Below, piece by piece: positions 21,980-36,439 of a stretch of 64,000 nt of DNA (its first letter is position 1; every line of letters starts with the position of its first letter). The notes beneath the pieces were generated by a model. That model was not told where the DNA came from. It saw only the letters and a program-made list of their open reading frames with translations, and did no database searches. The stretch is from sequence record LR535908.1; one strand, 5' to 3'. The translations under genes and the position numbers were made by a program.

Positions 21980-23239
21980 AACCAGAATTTGGTAAACGAC
22001 GCGCAGGCAATCGTCGGGCCTTTCGGGGCTTGGGGTAAGGTCTTCAATACCACATTCTTCGATCGGGAAAACTTTTTGTTGGGGAACGCGCGTTGGTATA
22101 TCTTTAACCGTATTGGTAAATGTGTAGGGTACTGGCCGACCTGGGAAGAAGGGGAGTGGTGGGGCCGGTTCTATTTAAAAGACCCGACTGACCCAGATGG
22201 GAAGAAGACGCTAGGTCCTTTTACGATAGACAACCCGTATCTCGAAAAAGAGATTCACGGAATAAGCCACAACGCTATCCAACGTATTCGTAACTCAGAA
22301 ACGTTAAAAGCGTTGCTGACGCACGAATCCTCGTTTATCCGTCGCTATTACGATTGGGACGCCATCGGTGTAGGTGATTTAAGTACGCCTACGTCCGTTG
22401 ACCGTGCGATTATGCTGAGTCTGCCAAACCTTAGCGTGGCGAAGATTGTATTGGAAACCACCGTTGGGTTCGTCATCGGGGGTATTCTGCATTGGTTGCC
22501 ACCGCAGGGCTATTTCAGCACTACGCGAGATTACTATTCTTCGTTAATGTTGACCTTACCCGATTCCATTACAGGGAAAGCGAATATTGGTAAAGTGAAG
22601 ACTTACCCCATATCCGGTTTAACGATGAACAAACTCGATACCGGCGCTGGTAACATCGTGCGGAGAGCCAACACACCCGACATCGGCTGTCTAGTGATGC
22701 TGTACAACATCAACGGTCAATGGGTACCGCACCAATCTGACCCAGTGGGTGTTCGCTTAGCACACGACGTTGTTGTAGTCTGCGACGATGAGTGGAAAGA
22801 GAAATACCGTACTGGGGTAGTAGAAACGCACCTGTGCCCTCCTGGGTACCACTACACTCAGGACTTCAATCCTGATGATGGCCTACCGAAGCTCGAATTC
22901 GTTGAGGCACACTACCAGTCTATTAATGCAGATGTGCCCGACACGTTGCAAGATTGGTTAAACACCAAGTCAGGAATCGCAATTCCAACGCTTGGGAAGC
23001 TAGGTGCTGAATACACCTTCTATAGCCAGTATCACCTGGCTGATTTACAAAACCGTACGACGCAGCCCTTAAATACCCTTTGTGCTAACTACCACTTTTT
23101 CGAAGTAGGACTAGAAGCACGGGCCGACAGCGCTTTTGGCTTCTCTCGAGACACCCGAACTTGGGGAACCATCGATGTCAGTTCATACTATGACCCGAAT
23201 CCTTAGAGGAAACAGCCAGTGACTACTGCTTATCAAGTG
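21920..23239 (+). CDS. Probable virion/baseplate protein (~420 aa)
   Basis: RBS GAGG + GTG near 23219 (MTTAYQVRADSAFGFSRDTRTWG...); lies in the tail region; function inferred from context. Confidence 0.5.
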
Positions 23240-26200
23240 TCTTGATAGTGCGGGTCAGGGACGACAGCCATTTTACACTCCTTTTCTCTGAGGGCGTCGA
23301 GCATCCGGTACTTAGTACCGATCGGCGTTACCGCTTCACCGGTCTGCATATTCCCCGGTTTCTTGCCGCCACTCTTGACCACCAGGGATGTGGTATAAAA
23401 GGGGGCGTGTGCGGGGAACGTGCGGGCCATGCCCGTAACGTACGCATGGGTGATGACGTAATCATCACCTAATGTTAATGTAAAGCCACTCTGATATTTC
23501 GGGTTGGTAATCCACACGCCGCCGTGACAAACATGACCACGTTCTGCGGCGATCATTTCTGCAGTGGCTTCACCGATGCCAATTGCGTGGTAATCGAGTA
23601 AATCCCCAATGACGTTATCCCATTGGCAGTCAACGGGATAGCGATCTTTATTCGCTTCTAACTCGGATTCGCCACGCCAGTTTTCCCAGTCGAACTTAAT
23701 ATCGACCGGTGGGAAATATGGGTCAACGCGACTGATCGCTTCACCGAGCTTAGCACCAACCGCAACAATGGCTTCCATCTCGGATGTGATAAGCGTGACA
23801 CCGGCGCGATATTGAAGGTCTAACGTGTTACGAGCAATCTAACGACGACGTGACGCGTTATACGTGTAGCCGCCAGTACCGTCGTACGTCGCATACTGCA
23901 AACGGTATTTTACCGCTAACGAATACGCATCGAATGTCGTATTCTGGTAAGATAACGAACAGAGCATCCAATCGATCAACTCGCCTGGGTTCAACGTTGT
24001 TTCCGGTGGAATGCTCGGTAGATAAATCGCGCGTTGCTTCAACTGAAGACGCAGGATACTCGCCCCACCGTTTGCGTAACCAGTCGTCAACGTATAGCTG
24101 TAATTGGACGAACCGGAACCAATCGCTGTCGTTAAAGTATTACCTTCGCGTCTGACCACGCTAAACTCAACCTCACCCGCCAACTCGGTATCGGTCAGGA
24201 CGTTAAAGCTGTAGTTAACGGTTTGCTTGCTTGTTTTAACGGTGATGTCGTAAACGCCGAACCATTTTGCGACATCAGTTTTCTGATACCCTGGCGCAAA
24301 TTCGCTCGGTGGGTTGTCAATCTGGACGTAATCGTTCTCACCTGCCCACCAGTTTAGGTTGACGCCCGATTTAAACTTCACCAGCAGCTGGTACACGTCA
24401 TTGTTAACGTCAGGTGCCGGTGCGCCTGGTAATGAACGAGGCACGTGCGCATGTGCCGGTGCATCACGGTACAGTTTATCGACAATCTGGTGATATTTTC
24501 CGTTATTCTCCAAAGCACGGATTGCGCCCCACGAATCGCGATGTGGGTTATCCTTGCGCACGTAATCTGTCAGCTGCGGTTGCGTTTTTCCGTATACCAG
24601 TGTCGCGTCCGAAGCAATAGCCGCCGGTAAACGTAAAAGCTTATTCGCCAGCGTTGACAGTTTCGGCAACAGATTGTTAGCCGACGTTATCGAAGTCAGG
24701 CCAGGCTTCATACCGAACGTGCCGTTGATAGACTGTGCAATAACCCTCGGGTCAACCGTGAATTGTGCACCCACGCCTTCAGACTCATCGGTACCCACTT
24801 GCCATGTAATCGGGTTGTTCCCGGCGTTAACGGTTTGCGAATCGCGTCCAATAAAACGGTTACCGTTGAACTCCAATCCACGGGAATCCGGATAAAGGAT
24901 GAGCTGGTTAGCCCCACTTTCGCCACCTGACTCGTTACCCGGCAAATACGGCCCGACCGTAGTAGGGTCCAACAGTTTCGACTGAATACCGTTACCGTTA
25001 ATGGTTACAGTAGCTGTGGAAGTTCCGTAAAACAGTCCAACAGCCATCAGGCCAAGGTCATCGGACTCCGGTGGAACAAAGGTACAAATAAACGGAACAA
25101 TGAGTGCCGGCGTTGCGGCCAAGTCCTCACGATCGCCGAATTCAGTAGCCAACAAACGGTCGTTGATGTACGATTTAACGGCAACCAACTTGCCCGTAAA
25201 CTGCTGATCCAATTTCTTGTGTACGTTCGATAAGCCAAAGTTAGTTTTATCGATGTAAATAGAACTCGTCAGTGGCATGTACTTGTCCAGCTCAGCTTGT
25301 TGGAGCGGGGAAATCGGCAATTGTACATCTGGGACGTTCGTCGTTGTTGCACGCTTAATCCCGAACGCAGCAGAAGTGTGTGTGTGACCGACGACTGCAC
25401 CGTCTAATGCCAGAGTGGCATCGTCAACCGCGGTGCCGAACTGTACTAAACCGAACTCCACTGTCTTCGCGACCTTCTCTATCTCTGTGATGGCGTCCGC
25501 CTGTCGGATGACCTCACCATCAATGATATCTGTGCCGGGTAAACCGTAACGAATAATGTTGATTGAAGCACCAGAGTCGCCAACGAAATAATCGTTCGCT
25601 TTAATAGTAACCATCCAGTCGGTGTAAGTGATGCCGTTTTGCGTCGCTGGGAATAGCTCCGCCAGGTTAAATGTGGAGAGAGGTACTTTGTACTCGCGAA
25701 TAATGTACTTGCCAGCATCGCCCGCCGCGTCAACATACACGCCAAACTCAGCATCTTCGGTGATGATGGAACCTATTTTGGTCATCGTCTCAGTTTCTGC
25801 CGTGTTTGGATTTTCGTAGCGAAACTCACCTAAACGCGTCACGTTGCGGATTTCTACAAAAACCACACCGGTTTCACTGGCTTGCGTCATGCCCCGTCGA
25901 ATATGGGCGTTATCATCCTCGATATGCTCGCCTAATTCAGTACCCGGTGCACCCGTGGACCACACAGGCCCGCCTGTACCGTAAGTAAATCCGAATTCAT
26001 TCAACATAGGCGTATAGCTGCTAGCCTGCGCGTAACGCCAATCGGCATCTATACGTTTTGTTACAGATAAACTGGTTGTTTTAAACGTCCATTTATCAGC
26101 AGCCGGATCGTAGTCCGCTGTTGCGGTAATGCCGTTATTCTGGAACATCGGGAATGTGTTGTGGACAAAACGATAATCGTGGCAACACCCAATTACCGTT

Positions 26201-27019
26201 TCTAGCACACTGTCCGCTGTTGCGGTTAAAGGTGTCCACATACGCCCTGCGGTGCGTGCGACGAGTACAGAAATACGGTGCATGAACGTGGCCGAGTGAG
26301 CAGCACGTCCGTAGTTAACCGCGATTCCCGCATACGTGCTCACGCCGCCTGGAGTGGTATTAAGTGCCGTCCAGTCATGGCCGGAACCAGTAACGCCGTT
26401 CAAGCCAATAACAACCTGTATCGTTCCCACGAACGAAATACCGTCCGCTGTTCGCGCGTGGCTGAAACGCACCGATGGAAGCGTCTTTGTTGTCGCGGTT
26501 AGCGTCAGCTCAAAGTTGATCGTTTTAGAATCGATGTTACGGAGACGGGTAGACAAATCCTCAGTCCACGACTCGCCGGTCGACTGCAAGGTGTATTTCC
26601 CGTGATAAATCGGCGTACTCGGATCGGTAATCAGTTTCGTCAAGTCGATATAGTCAGGAGTGTTCAGGTTAGCGTAAGTCAAACGCACTTCTGTGTCGGA
26701 ACTAAACAAACCACCCACGCCGGAATAGTTAATCGCATAGTCAAGGAACGTGGCGTAATAACGATTCTTTGTCGGCATCATCTCATTAATCGTTGAACCT
26801 GCATCCACCACGCCAGTAAAGAATCTTGCGCGGTTTAAGATTTTACCTGTATCCACTGGGCGGAACGAACTGTATGAATAGTTGCACATCGCGCTGTTCC
26901 GACCTGACGTGTTTTTCGGATTGAACGTCATCATCTTGGATGGGTGCGCCGCCGGTGGACGAGGATCGTAAGGATACGTTTTCATTCAAAAATCTCCTTA
27001 ATCACGAATAATAAGTGTT
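23240..27019 (-). CDS. Tail fibre protein 1, ~1237 aa (track ORFs 23233 and 23839 are one gene)
   Basis: RBS AAGGAG + ATG near 23271; N-terminal anchor domain ...LFPAHAPFYTTSLVVK...LTLGDDYVITHAY...GGVWITNPKY; KDNPH and GHTHT fibre motifs; Thr/Gly-rich beta region; ends TLIIRD* at 26998-27000. Confidence 0.85.
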
Positions 27020-30000
27020 TTAGGATTGTCGGAGTCGATGATACGTTCCTCGATGAAGTGACACTCAGGATTTACACCCGCGAGCCTTACCACCAATCCT
27101 TCGAAAAACGGGCGATGATCTAGCATCACCACCCGATCGGGTGTTAAAGCATACTCCAGCTCATAGTCCGTCCCGCGGGTAAGCGGTATGGACGAGCCGA
27201 GTTTAGGGTTAATAAGATGCACCCCGCAAAACACCGGGGTCGTCACCGAGTCGTCCAACATCAAACCACTGTAAAACGTACCCCCGAGCATCTGGCCTTC
27301 AAAGACCACCGCACCACGCAGCAGCCAATCTGCAGCCGTTGGGTTGTTGAGAGCCTTAATTAGCTCATCCAACATCTCAATGTCTGACCAAGCTACCGCT
27401 GCAGGGGTGGCTGGGTAAAGGGAAGGTCGATTACCTAAAGCCGCCCCGGCATCTAACTCCACATCATGCACTGCAGAGGCAACATACTTTTTATTCAGCG
27501 TTCCTAAGCCCAAAACCGCATCTTTCAGCTCAGTAAGCTTTTCACGAATCTGCTCGTTGGTAGTCCCATGAGGGTTAGTCGACGCAATGTGTCCGGGGTA
27601 GTTAAATGTGGCGATTTCATACGCCAGGAAAGTATCTGGCGTTTTTAGGTTGACAGGATGCGCACCGGCCTGCGCCGCGTCCGATTGTTGCAGACCCAGT
27701 GCACGGACCTCGCTGGTTAACTGACGCAACGTCTTTCCAGTCGCATTAAACACCCCTTTGGATTCCTTCGATACCCATTTAGAAATGTACTTGTCGATAG
27801 AGAACACAATTTCGGATTCACCAGCAGGAGAACGGAACAGGGCACGAGTACCGGATATCTCGGCATACCCACACGCCAACACAACAGAGCCATTAGATTT
27901 AAGAGTGAATGCCTCAGCATCAATACGTAATGTATTGATGCCTGCTTTCCACTCCATAAACCGGGTGGTTCCAGTAGTGGTCAGTAACGTCGTACCATTA
28001 AGCGTCAGCTTATCCATCCCCAAGGCACTGCCAGTCGACGGGTCAACGGTACCACCGCCGGTACCAGGGTCTTGTTGATAGCCCATGAGAGCAGTTGTGG
28101 ACCCTTTACCCGTGAAAGTAATGCCGTTCACCCCGCTAATGTACAGTTTGTTGTCATCCCCGGGTTCAGAGGTCGTCGCGGGTTTGGCTGTGACCTTCCC
28201 GGTGACGGGATCGGCTTTTGCTGGGGTGACTGCTTGTCCCTTGACTACATCGCTCGGCTTATCAGTCAGCGTCACAACGTTCAGCAGCGTTGTCTTCCGG
28301 ACGTACGAAGACAGATCACCCTCGTACGGTAAGAGCGAAAAGTCCAGACCCAAATCCTTTTTCGTTAGCGTTCGGCTACCAGTGTCCATCGGCTGGTTAG
28401 TAACTGCTTCTGCCAACGCATCAGAAAGTGGTTTATCGACGTCAGCTGTGTTATCAGCCGAAGCCGTTGGGATCTGTAAATCGGCGAAGTTGTGATGGTG
28501 ACCTTTATCACTAAGACCGCGATTATCCGACAAGCCGTTTAGGTTGGTAGAATATCGAGCGATACCGGGAACTGTTTGAGCAGCTGCAACTACGTCTAAA
28601 CGTTTTGACAGATCGTTCAGAACGTTCGGGGTAACGCCGCAAGTCTTACCACGCACAGCGGCAAAATCGGTCACGGAATCCTCTTTCGCGTTTGCTAGCA
28701 ACAGATAGAAATAATTCAAATCCGTTACGGCGAGGGTGGTACGTGTAGATCCCACAGTCATCGGTGTGGTTTGCAGGTCTATCGAACCAGATACCGTCCC
28801 CTCTTTACGTGCACCATTTTTAATTACCGCGTTCTGCCACGTTCTTTCCATACGGTTATCTGGAGAGAACCACTGGAACCCGTAGTCCGTTTCCGGGACA
28901 GCAACCTCAAACCCACTAAAATCAATACCGGCACCGGTAGCCAAGAGGTTAACGACCGACAAATCACCCATTCCAGTTGTCGTTAAACCAATCTGCGCAG
29001 CACCACCGCCACGAACCCAAATCCGCAGCTTACCAGAGTCGCAACGAACCCACGTTTTCAGATACCCCGCTTCTGTAATACCCGCACCGATTATTTCGCC
29101 GTCCAGATAAACAGAAACATTACATTCTGCACGGAATGCTAAGCAGTGTTGCTTCCACCCCTCCTTGACAGTCGCCTCCCCAACCGCAAAGTCACCGTCG
29201 TAAATTGTGAAACGAATTGCGGCTGCTTTAGCGCTATCGCCGTTCGGCGTCTTAACAAACTCCTGCAGGCGGGCAACTTTGGTGTTTTTATCCGAGGCCG
29301 GTTCGGCGCGCGAATATAACGCATCGGTTATCATGTTCACATAGAGGTAATGCCTTAAAGGGACATCGATGTGGCCGATATAGCCGCGTTCCAAGTTAAT
29401 ACCTTCCGTGTCCACAATAATGCCGAAGTCAAACGTCGTTTCAAACTCGTAAGTCGTGCCTGCAACCAATCCCGCGTCATCGGTGTTACTCACCCCGTGT
29501 GCTAGACGTGTTTCGAAGTGCCGTTTAAGTTCGGACGCCTTAGGTAATGGATCAACCTTATTCAACGGCAGCATTTTCGGGTTATCCGTCAACGACCAGA
29601 AACGAACGAGGTTATCCCCAGAAACAGACGGGTTAGTTGGATACGCATACAGCCATTGTGCAAGAAGAATCCTGAGCGAGGTGGCACTTACGAATTTATA
29701 ATCAAATAACCCACGATCTTTCGGGTTGCTTGGTGTAAACCAGCAATACGGGGACGCGTTTTCAGTGGAAACAACCGCCACTTCAGGATAATCAGTGTCG
29801 ATTACCACCGAACCCTCGAATGTCGCCATTCCATTTTCTTTCCCATCAGCAGAAGGGGCCATGAAGTTTAATGAAACTTCGACGTCCGAGGTTTTTGGGA
29901 TAAAGCCGCAGTTTAAACTGGTGTGGGAGTTACTCCACCGCAGGACTCTGGTTTTACCTTTAGTAACGCTGGATTGTGTGGTGGCAATTCTTCCGGTTGG

Positions 30001-31159
30001 TTTATCGTACGGCGCAGCAAAACAGTCGGGCGACTGAACATCCACGCTCTTGATTACACGAGGAGCATCAACCAGCGTAATAAGCCAGCGCGAACCAATG
30101 GCTGCGAACTCGCTAGCGATTGAAACCGGGAGATAGTCTCCTATCTTACTAATCGACGATATTCGCAGTATCTGCGTATCAACAATATAGCGATAACGAT
30201 CAATCGCGTCAAACGGAAGGTCGTATTCTATCTCACGAATAGTTGCCGAAGCCTGGCCGACGCCTTCACCAGTTTCGATGCCAGTAACACCAATCGATAA
30301 AGCGCCGCCTTTAAAATAATGGAAACGATTTAAATCTACTTCTGTTGTGGAAGGGTCCATCAAACCGTGGTTGATTGTGCCAGAAGACTGGCTGTCCGGA
30401 GAACGCTCAATATACGACTCAAATAGCGAGCGTAGATAATTATCGACGTTATCTCCAAAGTTCGCGAACTCGACGGTTGATATCGACATCTCCTCATGCG
30501 GTGCAAGTTCCGGATAACCCTCACTTGCAGCAGACATCGTGATGTATTCCGTAACCGGGAGTAGCGGAGCACCACGTTTCTGCAGCCCTTTGTAAAACGG
30601 CGCGGGGAGTTTACCGTTCCGCATAAAGCCGTACTTCCATTCACCACCGTTAGACGTATAGTCTGCAGGAGCCGACTCATTAGAGAGCATTGTCCCATTT
30701 ACCGACACAAAACGCTCATTTTGAGTTGGGCGATAAGCCCTGAAAGGTATAACATTACCCGGAATTTTCTCACTACCCACGATGATATATCCAGGGTAGG
30801 GCTGCATCGGTTTCGTGCGGGCAAGAATCCCAGATATCTGAACAGCTGTTGTCGATGCAGTGAACTTCGCTTGCAGCGGCGGCACAGAACCTTCCGGAGG
30901 CACGAACACGATGTGAATTACCGGTGTCGTTTCAGTAATCACGAACATCGGATTACCACTACTACCCACACCATTAATAGGGATGTGGAATGGATTACGC
31001 TTCTCAATGAGAATCGTCTCGCCACCCGTGCGAAGTTCCTTGCCTTCGTTTCTACGTTCAGTATCCAACGTTTGTAAAATCCAATCCCATGTCCTGGTGT
31101 TACCTACGGACTACCCGCCCGTAGGCAGTCCGTCCTAAGAGGCCCACTCACCCGAGTTG
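26960..31159 (-). CDS. Tail fibre protein 2, ~1376 aa
   Basis: RBS AAGGAG + ATG 26985: MKTYPYDPRGVNPECHFIEERIIDSDNPNDRVVMLDHRPFFEGLVVRLAGSSIPLTRGTDYELEY (same anchor domain); HIASTNPHGTT and GHHHN motifs. Confidence 0.85.
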
Positions 31160-31179
31160 TGCAAACACTCCTAATCTGT

Positions 31180-31219
31180 AATAAAACGGAGACCGCCCTC
31201 CCAATAACGGAAGGGCGGT
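31180..31219 (-). terminator. Intrinsic terminator between fibre genes 2 and 3
   Basis: Minus strand ACCGCCCTTCC-GTTATT-GGGAGGGCGGT followed by CTCCGTTTTAT. Confidence 0.7.
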
Positions 31220-34200
31220 GTTCGGGTAAGTAGCGGTACTGAGGGTACCGTTAAACTGCGCCGCATCTTCTCTCGGCATTGTTAACGTTAACCCGATGCG
31301 ATAGAACGGTGCTTCGACGGGAATGACCGTCGAATAACGTAAGAAATAATCAAGACCTTCTATTAACTTACGTTTGGTTCCGGTTGTTTTATCGGTAACC
31401 ATTATGCTGCCGTATATTGCATCGTTCTCAGCCTCGGCTAATTCCTGGAAGTAATGTCCGATGCGATACTGTCGACCAACCGACAACAACTCGTATTCTA
31501 CCTCTGTGGCGTTCAGCAGGCAGTTGCGCGGGTCTTTCATATCCGTCTTAACCAGATACTTGCCGATTTCAGAAGCAGGATCTTTTGGCGGGTCGATTGG
31601 CGAAATAATCGGCGGATATTTCATCAGCTCAGACCAATCACCCAGACGGATATCTTCCAACGCCTTTACGATTTCATCGCGAAGAATCGCTTCTTCGAGA
31701 TAAATCAAATCGGTAACTTCGGCAAATGCCTCATCTAGTTCGTGGGCGCGCTCTAAAATTGCATTTTTAATCAGGTGGTGTTGATACATTTCGTCATCAA
31801 ACACCTGTTTACCGTTCTGCGCATCCACGGCCTTACCGAGCACAGGGAGTGCGCCAATGTCACCGCAGGTGTAACCATGGATACCGCTGGTAGACATTAG
31901 CGTCACTAACTCTGCCAGTGTACGTCCAAACGCTTTAGTCATACGGCCCAGTAAATCACCCAGGGTATTATCCAGAAGCATGTCAACATGTTTCTGTTGC
32001 ATGCTGATAACGTGACCGGACGTTGTTTGGAATGTAATTGCGTCGTTATTCAGAACACGATCCTGGTCAGCTTTTAATACCAGCGGTTTTGTCGAGGTGA
32101 TAATGAACTTCTCACCTTTGTGAACCCAAAGCGTGTTCAGACCAGCACTGAACTCCGTAGCGATACCCGGTTCGTTGTTATACACAGGTGCAAGCACACC
32201 TGCATCATAAGCGCCCCACTTGTCACCTGCTTTACCCGATATCTTCACCGAGGTCAAGTACATCTTAACCATATCCGGTGTAACGAGATACACGCTGTTT
32301 TTACCAGAGCCGTAAATCTTCAACGTGTCGCTGGACTTGAAGTAGGCGTTTGCTGGAAGACCCTGCACAGTTGTGGTTGCTGCAGGCAGCTCCGCATTCA
32401 TGTAAACTTTGTTTGTTTCTTTTTGGGAAATCGCTGTGGACGCTGCAGCGGATGCCGAGAGGTTAGTAATCGCAAACAAATTGACCGTATACGTGTCGTC
32501 CACATATCCGTCGAGTTTGTTCTTCAAGTCAGTAACAGCATCTGCCGCGGTTAAGGTCAGATGCATCTGCCCGTTTGCGTCTAACACAAACCCTTTACCC
32601 AATGCGTTAGTAACTGGCTTTTCTAACGGTCCGGTATTGTCCATTTTCTCAATACCGAAATCGAGATCTGCAATGGTGTGGGTGTGCGTTGTAAGCGCTT
32701 TGCCTGATAGCACGGTACGGTCGATTGCATCCCACAGTTTAGCCAAACCTGTAACAGACGTGGATGCGTACGGCACGTTGTCAATCTTTTGTTCAAGCAA
32801 GAAGCCCTGACGCGAAGTGACCATCTTATCCGAGGTAGTGTACGATGATCCGCCGACAGTCCACGCCGGTAATAACGTACCAATCTTGTCATTCAGTGTG
32901 TTTTTGGTATACCCTTCGTAGTTCCCCTGGACTGGTATAGGCAAGAAGTTATTGTTGCCGTTACGGAGCGAGTAAACCTTACCAGACTCGTAACGCGCCA
33001 AACCTTTCTGCCAGGTTTGCGACACATCAGCATAGGCGTAATAGATAGCCCAGTCACCTGGTGGATTCCCGTTAGAACCCATTCCAGCGGGTCGATAACG
33101 TACGGACGTCTGCTGCATATTTTCCAGCGTATTGCTTGGGATCATTGCATCTGTACCGGTAATCACAATAGCAACCAGATTCACCCCAGGATACGCCGAT
33201 GCATGGTCAATGGTGCCGTCAAAGATGACCAGGTAGTACGCACCGTCACTGCCTAAGCAACCGGCCGCGTTACCATTTCGGTAATCGCCCAACTGAACTT
33301 TAACAACACGATGATGTTTGTTGCAAACGATCAAATCGTTTGTTGATGGATCAACAACCCATGGAGCGGTTGTAATCACACGCATACTCACGAAATAGTC
33401 ACCGGAGGTAAGCACAGTACGGAGCAGATAAACCCGCTCTAACACATCCGCCACAAACGTGTTGCTACCACCCAGATTAAGTTCGTCGAGTGCGATGCTA
33501 GAACGTTTCTGACCCTGACGCAAGTAGATATTATCTCCCGACGTTAACATCCCACCTGTCCACTTCGCCGATGCGTCTGCGTAGATTTGTGTTACTGGCG
33601 CTACCAACACATCTGTATCCCCATCCACACCAATCGCGTGATTACATTCCGGACCATGGACGAAATTTCGCGCACTATTAGTTTGCCCTGTAGTAGAAGC
33701 AAACCAAACCGTTGGAGTTAAACCAACACGAAAGTTCAGCGTTATCGTCATTGAACTACAATCAACAACAAAGCTTGACACCCATTGTTTAAAGTTAATA
33801 CCGTTATAACGAACCGTGGTAAGATCGGCCACAATAGGGAATCGATCAGCACCTTCCAGGGTTCGGTTATTAGCTTGACCTTCGCCCCATTTCCGGCTCG
33901 GAATCCCAATCTCAGCGCCTAGGTCGCGATCGCCTGCATGTCCTTGCGAAACGATATACTTGTCTTGCGATGTTGCAAACGACAGGTACTCGTACCAACT
34001 CACACCGTCATCTAACGTTGTAATCGTGACATAAGGCATACCACGACCTTGGTTTAACATTACCGCACTAAAACTTCTGGCAGTGAAGTTGTAGTCGCAG
34101 ATAAGTCTGGAATTCGCTCCCAGAGTCAGCGGATACGCCATGCCCAGCTCGTAGATAGAAGTGGTGTTCGGATCAAACTCAACTTCAATTGCCAAACGGG

Positions 34201-36439
34201 TACGCGGCTGTGACAACCACGTGGTAGAATCTACTACACGACGATTGTTAGTTGGTCCATACCCCGCTTTACCTGAATATAACTCTGTACCAGGCGACGC
34301 CGGTGTAACAATGTGGCACATCTGCGACAGATTCTCGTAGAAAGTGCCAGAAACGTTGTGGTAAGGGAATGTTTCTGGTCCTGTGCAATACCAGCCGTTC
34401 ATCTGCTTCATCTTATCCCATTCGGCTTGTGACAGCGTCAACCGATCGGCATGAATCGTGGCAAGGATAAATTCCGAAGCATAACCATTCGCAGCGCCAG
34501 CCGGTGCACCGTCGATGATTGTGGCCGTACCAATGCCGATGAACCAAATGGAGAACAGTGCCTTTCCGGCGTTATTTGCATCCAACACGTTAACATTGTT
34601 CACAGTACGCATACATGCTACTTGTGCTAACGTGAGCGGCGCTGCGGGGAATGTTACCTGCCCGTTGCTGATCGTTGGTTTCAGTGTAAAGTAGTAGATC
34701 AACGTAGCATAGTTCAAGCCGTAGTCGAGGTTGTTATAGAAGTCAAACAGTGCCAATATATCTACTGACACCAGTGTAGGTTGTCCCGGCCGGCGTGTTT
34801 TTCCTCCCGTTATCTCGCCCAAGTCGCCAATTTGGCGCAAGGTTAACGTGTGTGGAAGATACAACCCGAACTGAGTACCAGAAGAACGCGTCCAGGTACC
34901 GTTAGACAGCGTAAGACCAACACCGTAGTTAAGCGCACCCAGATAAGCTGGGCTGACTGGAGTGTGGGATGGTGCCATGCGTCCAATGCCGTGTGGAGCA
35001 CCACCACAATAGACGTAGTCGAGAGATGAGTTGTGTAGCATCACCTGATCACGATGAGCCGATTCAGTCGGGCCACTAAAATTAGGAGCCGCGACAAAAT
35101 CACTCGACGACATTGCGATAACTTCCTCAGTCACATATACCAGCCAACCTTCGGCTGTTTCCACACCAGCAATGACGACTGCGCTGAGGTCAATATACCA
35201 CGTAGGCAGCTTATAAGTGCTCGAGCCGAAACGCAGGTCACCATTTTCTACCTTGGCGTGCAGGTAGAATGTCCGGTTCTGATGGTTTGTTGGAAATGCG
35301 ATATAGAGTTCCGTTTCAGTGTCTGGATGTTGAATCACGTCCATTACGTACTTCGGTGTTCGCTTAGCATGTTCGACGTTAGTCTCGACGACTCGCGACG
35401 AGCCCGTTTTAACATACCCTTCCACATCATGCTTATTCTCAACCGCCGCATGTTCCAACAGTTGTTTCACCGCCCCCAAAGGACCCATCGCTTCTTTACG
35501 CAATGGTGCCAGTCTGCCCGTTGCTGCATCCCTTCCCACGTCAGATACGGTATAAAGCAACTGACTATCCAGATAGCCTTTCGTAGCATCGATCGACAAC
35601 GGCAAAGTTTTCAAGCCTTCGAAACGTTTGGACACCATCGCTTTACCGCGACGCTGTGCCGTCGCGATTGTTGTAGGATGTTTCCAAAACGCCCCCGATT
35701 TGTTTGCCTGAGTAAACGCTGGAATACCTACCCACTCCATTCCCAACGATGCCGCTTCACCGTTCTCATCAGCCGTTACGACGAATTTACTTTGCACCAC
35801 CACCATCAAGTTCGTTGAGGTCGGTGAGAAAGCGGGCGTCGCCTCCCATGGGGCAACGTGGACATTAAAGGTCGTTTCTACTCCCGGTGTACCTGGGACA
35901 TTTTCGTCAATGTTAACATCCGTACCTTCCGCCTCGACGTTGTAGAAAAAGCCATCCACTGCTGGCAGAGAGTGCTGTTTGTGGTGCACGGTATGTGGTG
36001 ACGGCAATAACACTTCTGGAGCTGTTTCGAGCGCTGAAGAACTTACCGCCGCGACAAATGTAAAGGTGCACGGCACGCCATCGGTGGTGATTGGTAGTCC
36101 CCCAGCGTCAGTGAAAAGCCAAGAGCAAATATGCTGGTTAACTGGTGTGCCGTTGGTCTCTCCCGGCTGTGGTAAGATTTGAATCTTACTATCCGAAAGG
36201 GTAACAACCGGGATTGCACCTGTCACATTCGTAAACGTGTAGCTACGACTGTTCAGAACCGTAAGATCATCGCCATCCCACGCCACGATCGGTGGTGGGA
36301 ATAAACCCTGAGCGCCCGTCTGGATAATATCAGGCTGTTGACGTCCTCTCTCGTTCACCCAATCGTGCGCAATCGTTAATTTGATTGGGGCTTCCTTGCC
36401 CCATAGCGCTATCTGTTAGGTACGGAACATAAGATTGAC
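31220..36439 (-). CDS. Tail fibre protein 3, ~1727 aa
   Basis: RBS AGGAG (block 31160) joins ATG 31279 only after reordering: MPREDAAQFNGTLSTATYPNRYSTVIPVEAPFYRIGLTLT...LIEGLDYFLGHYFQEL...IYGSIM; HTHT fibre motif. Confidence 0.85.
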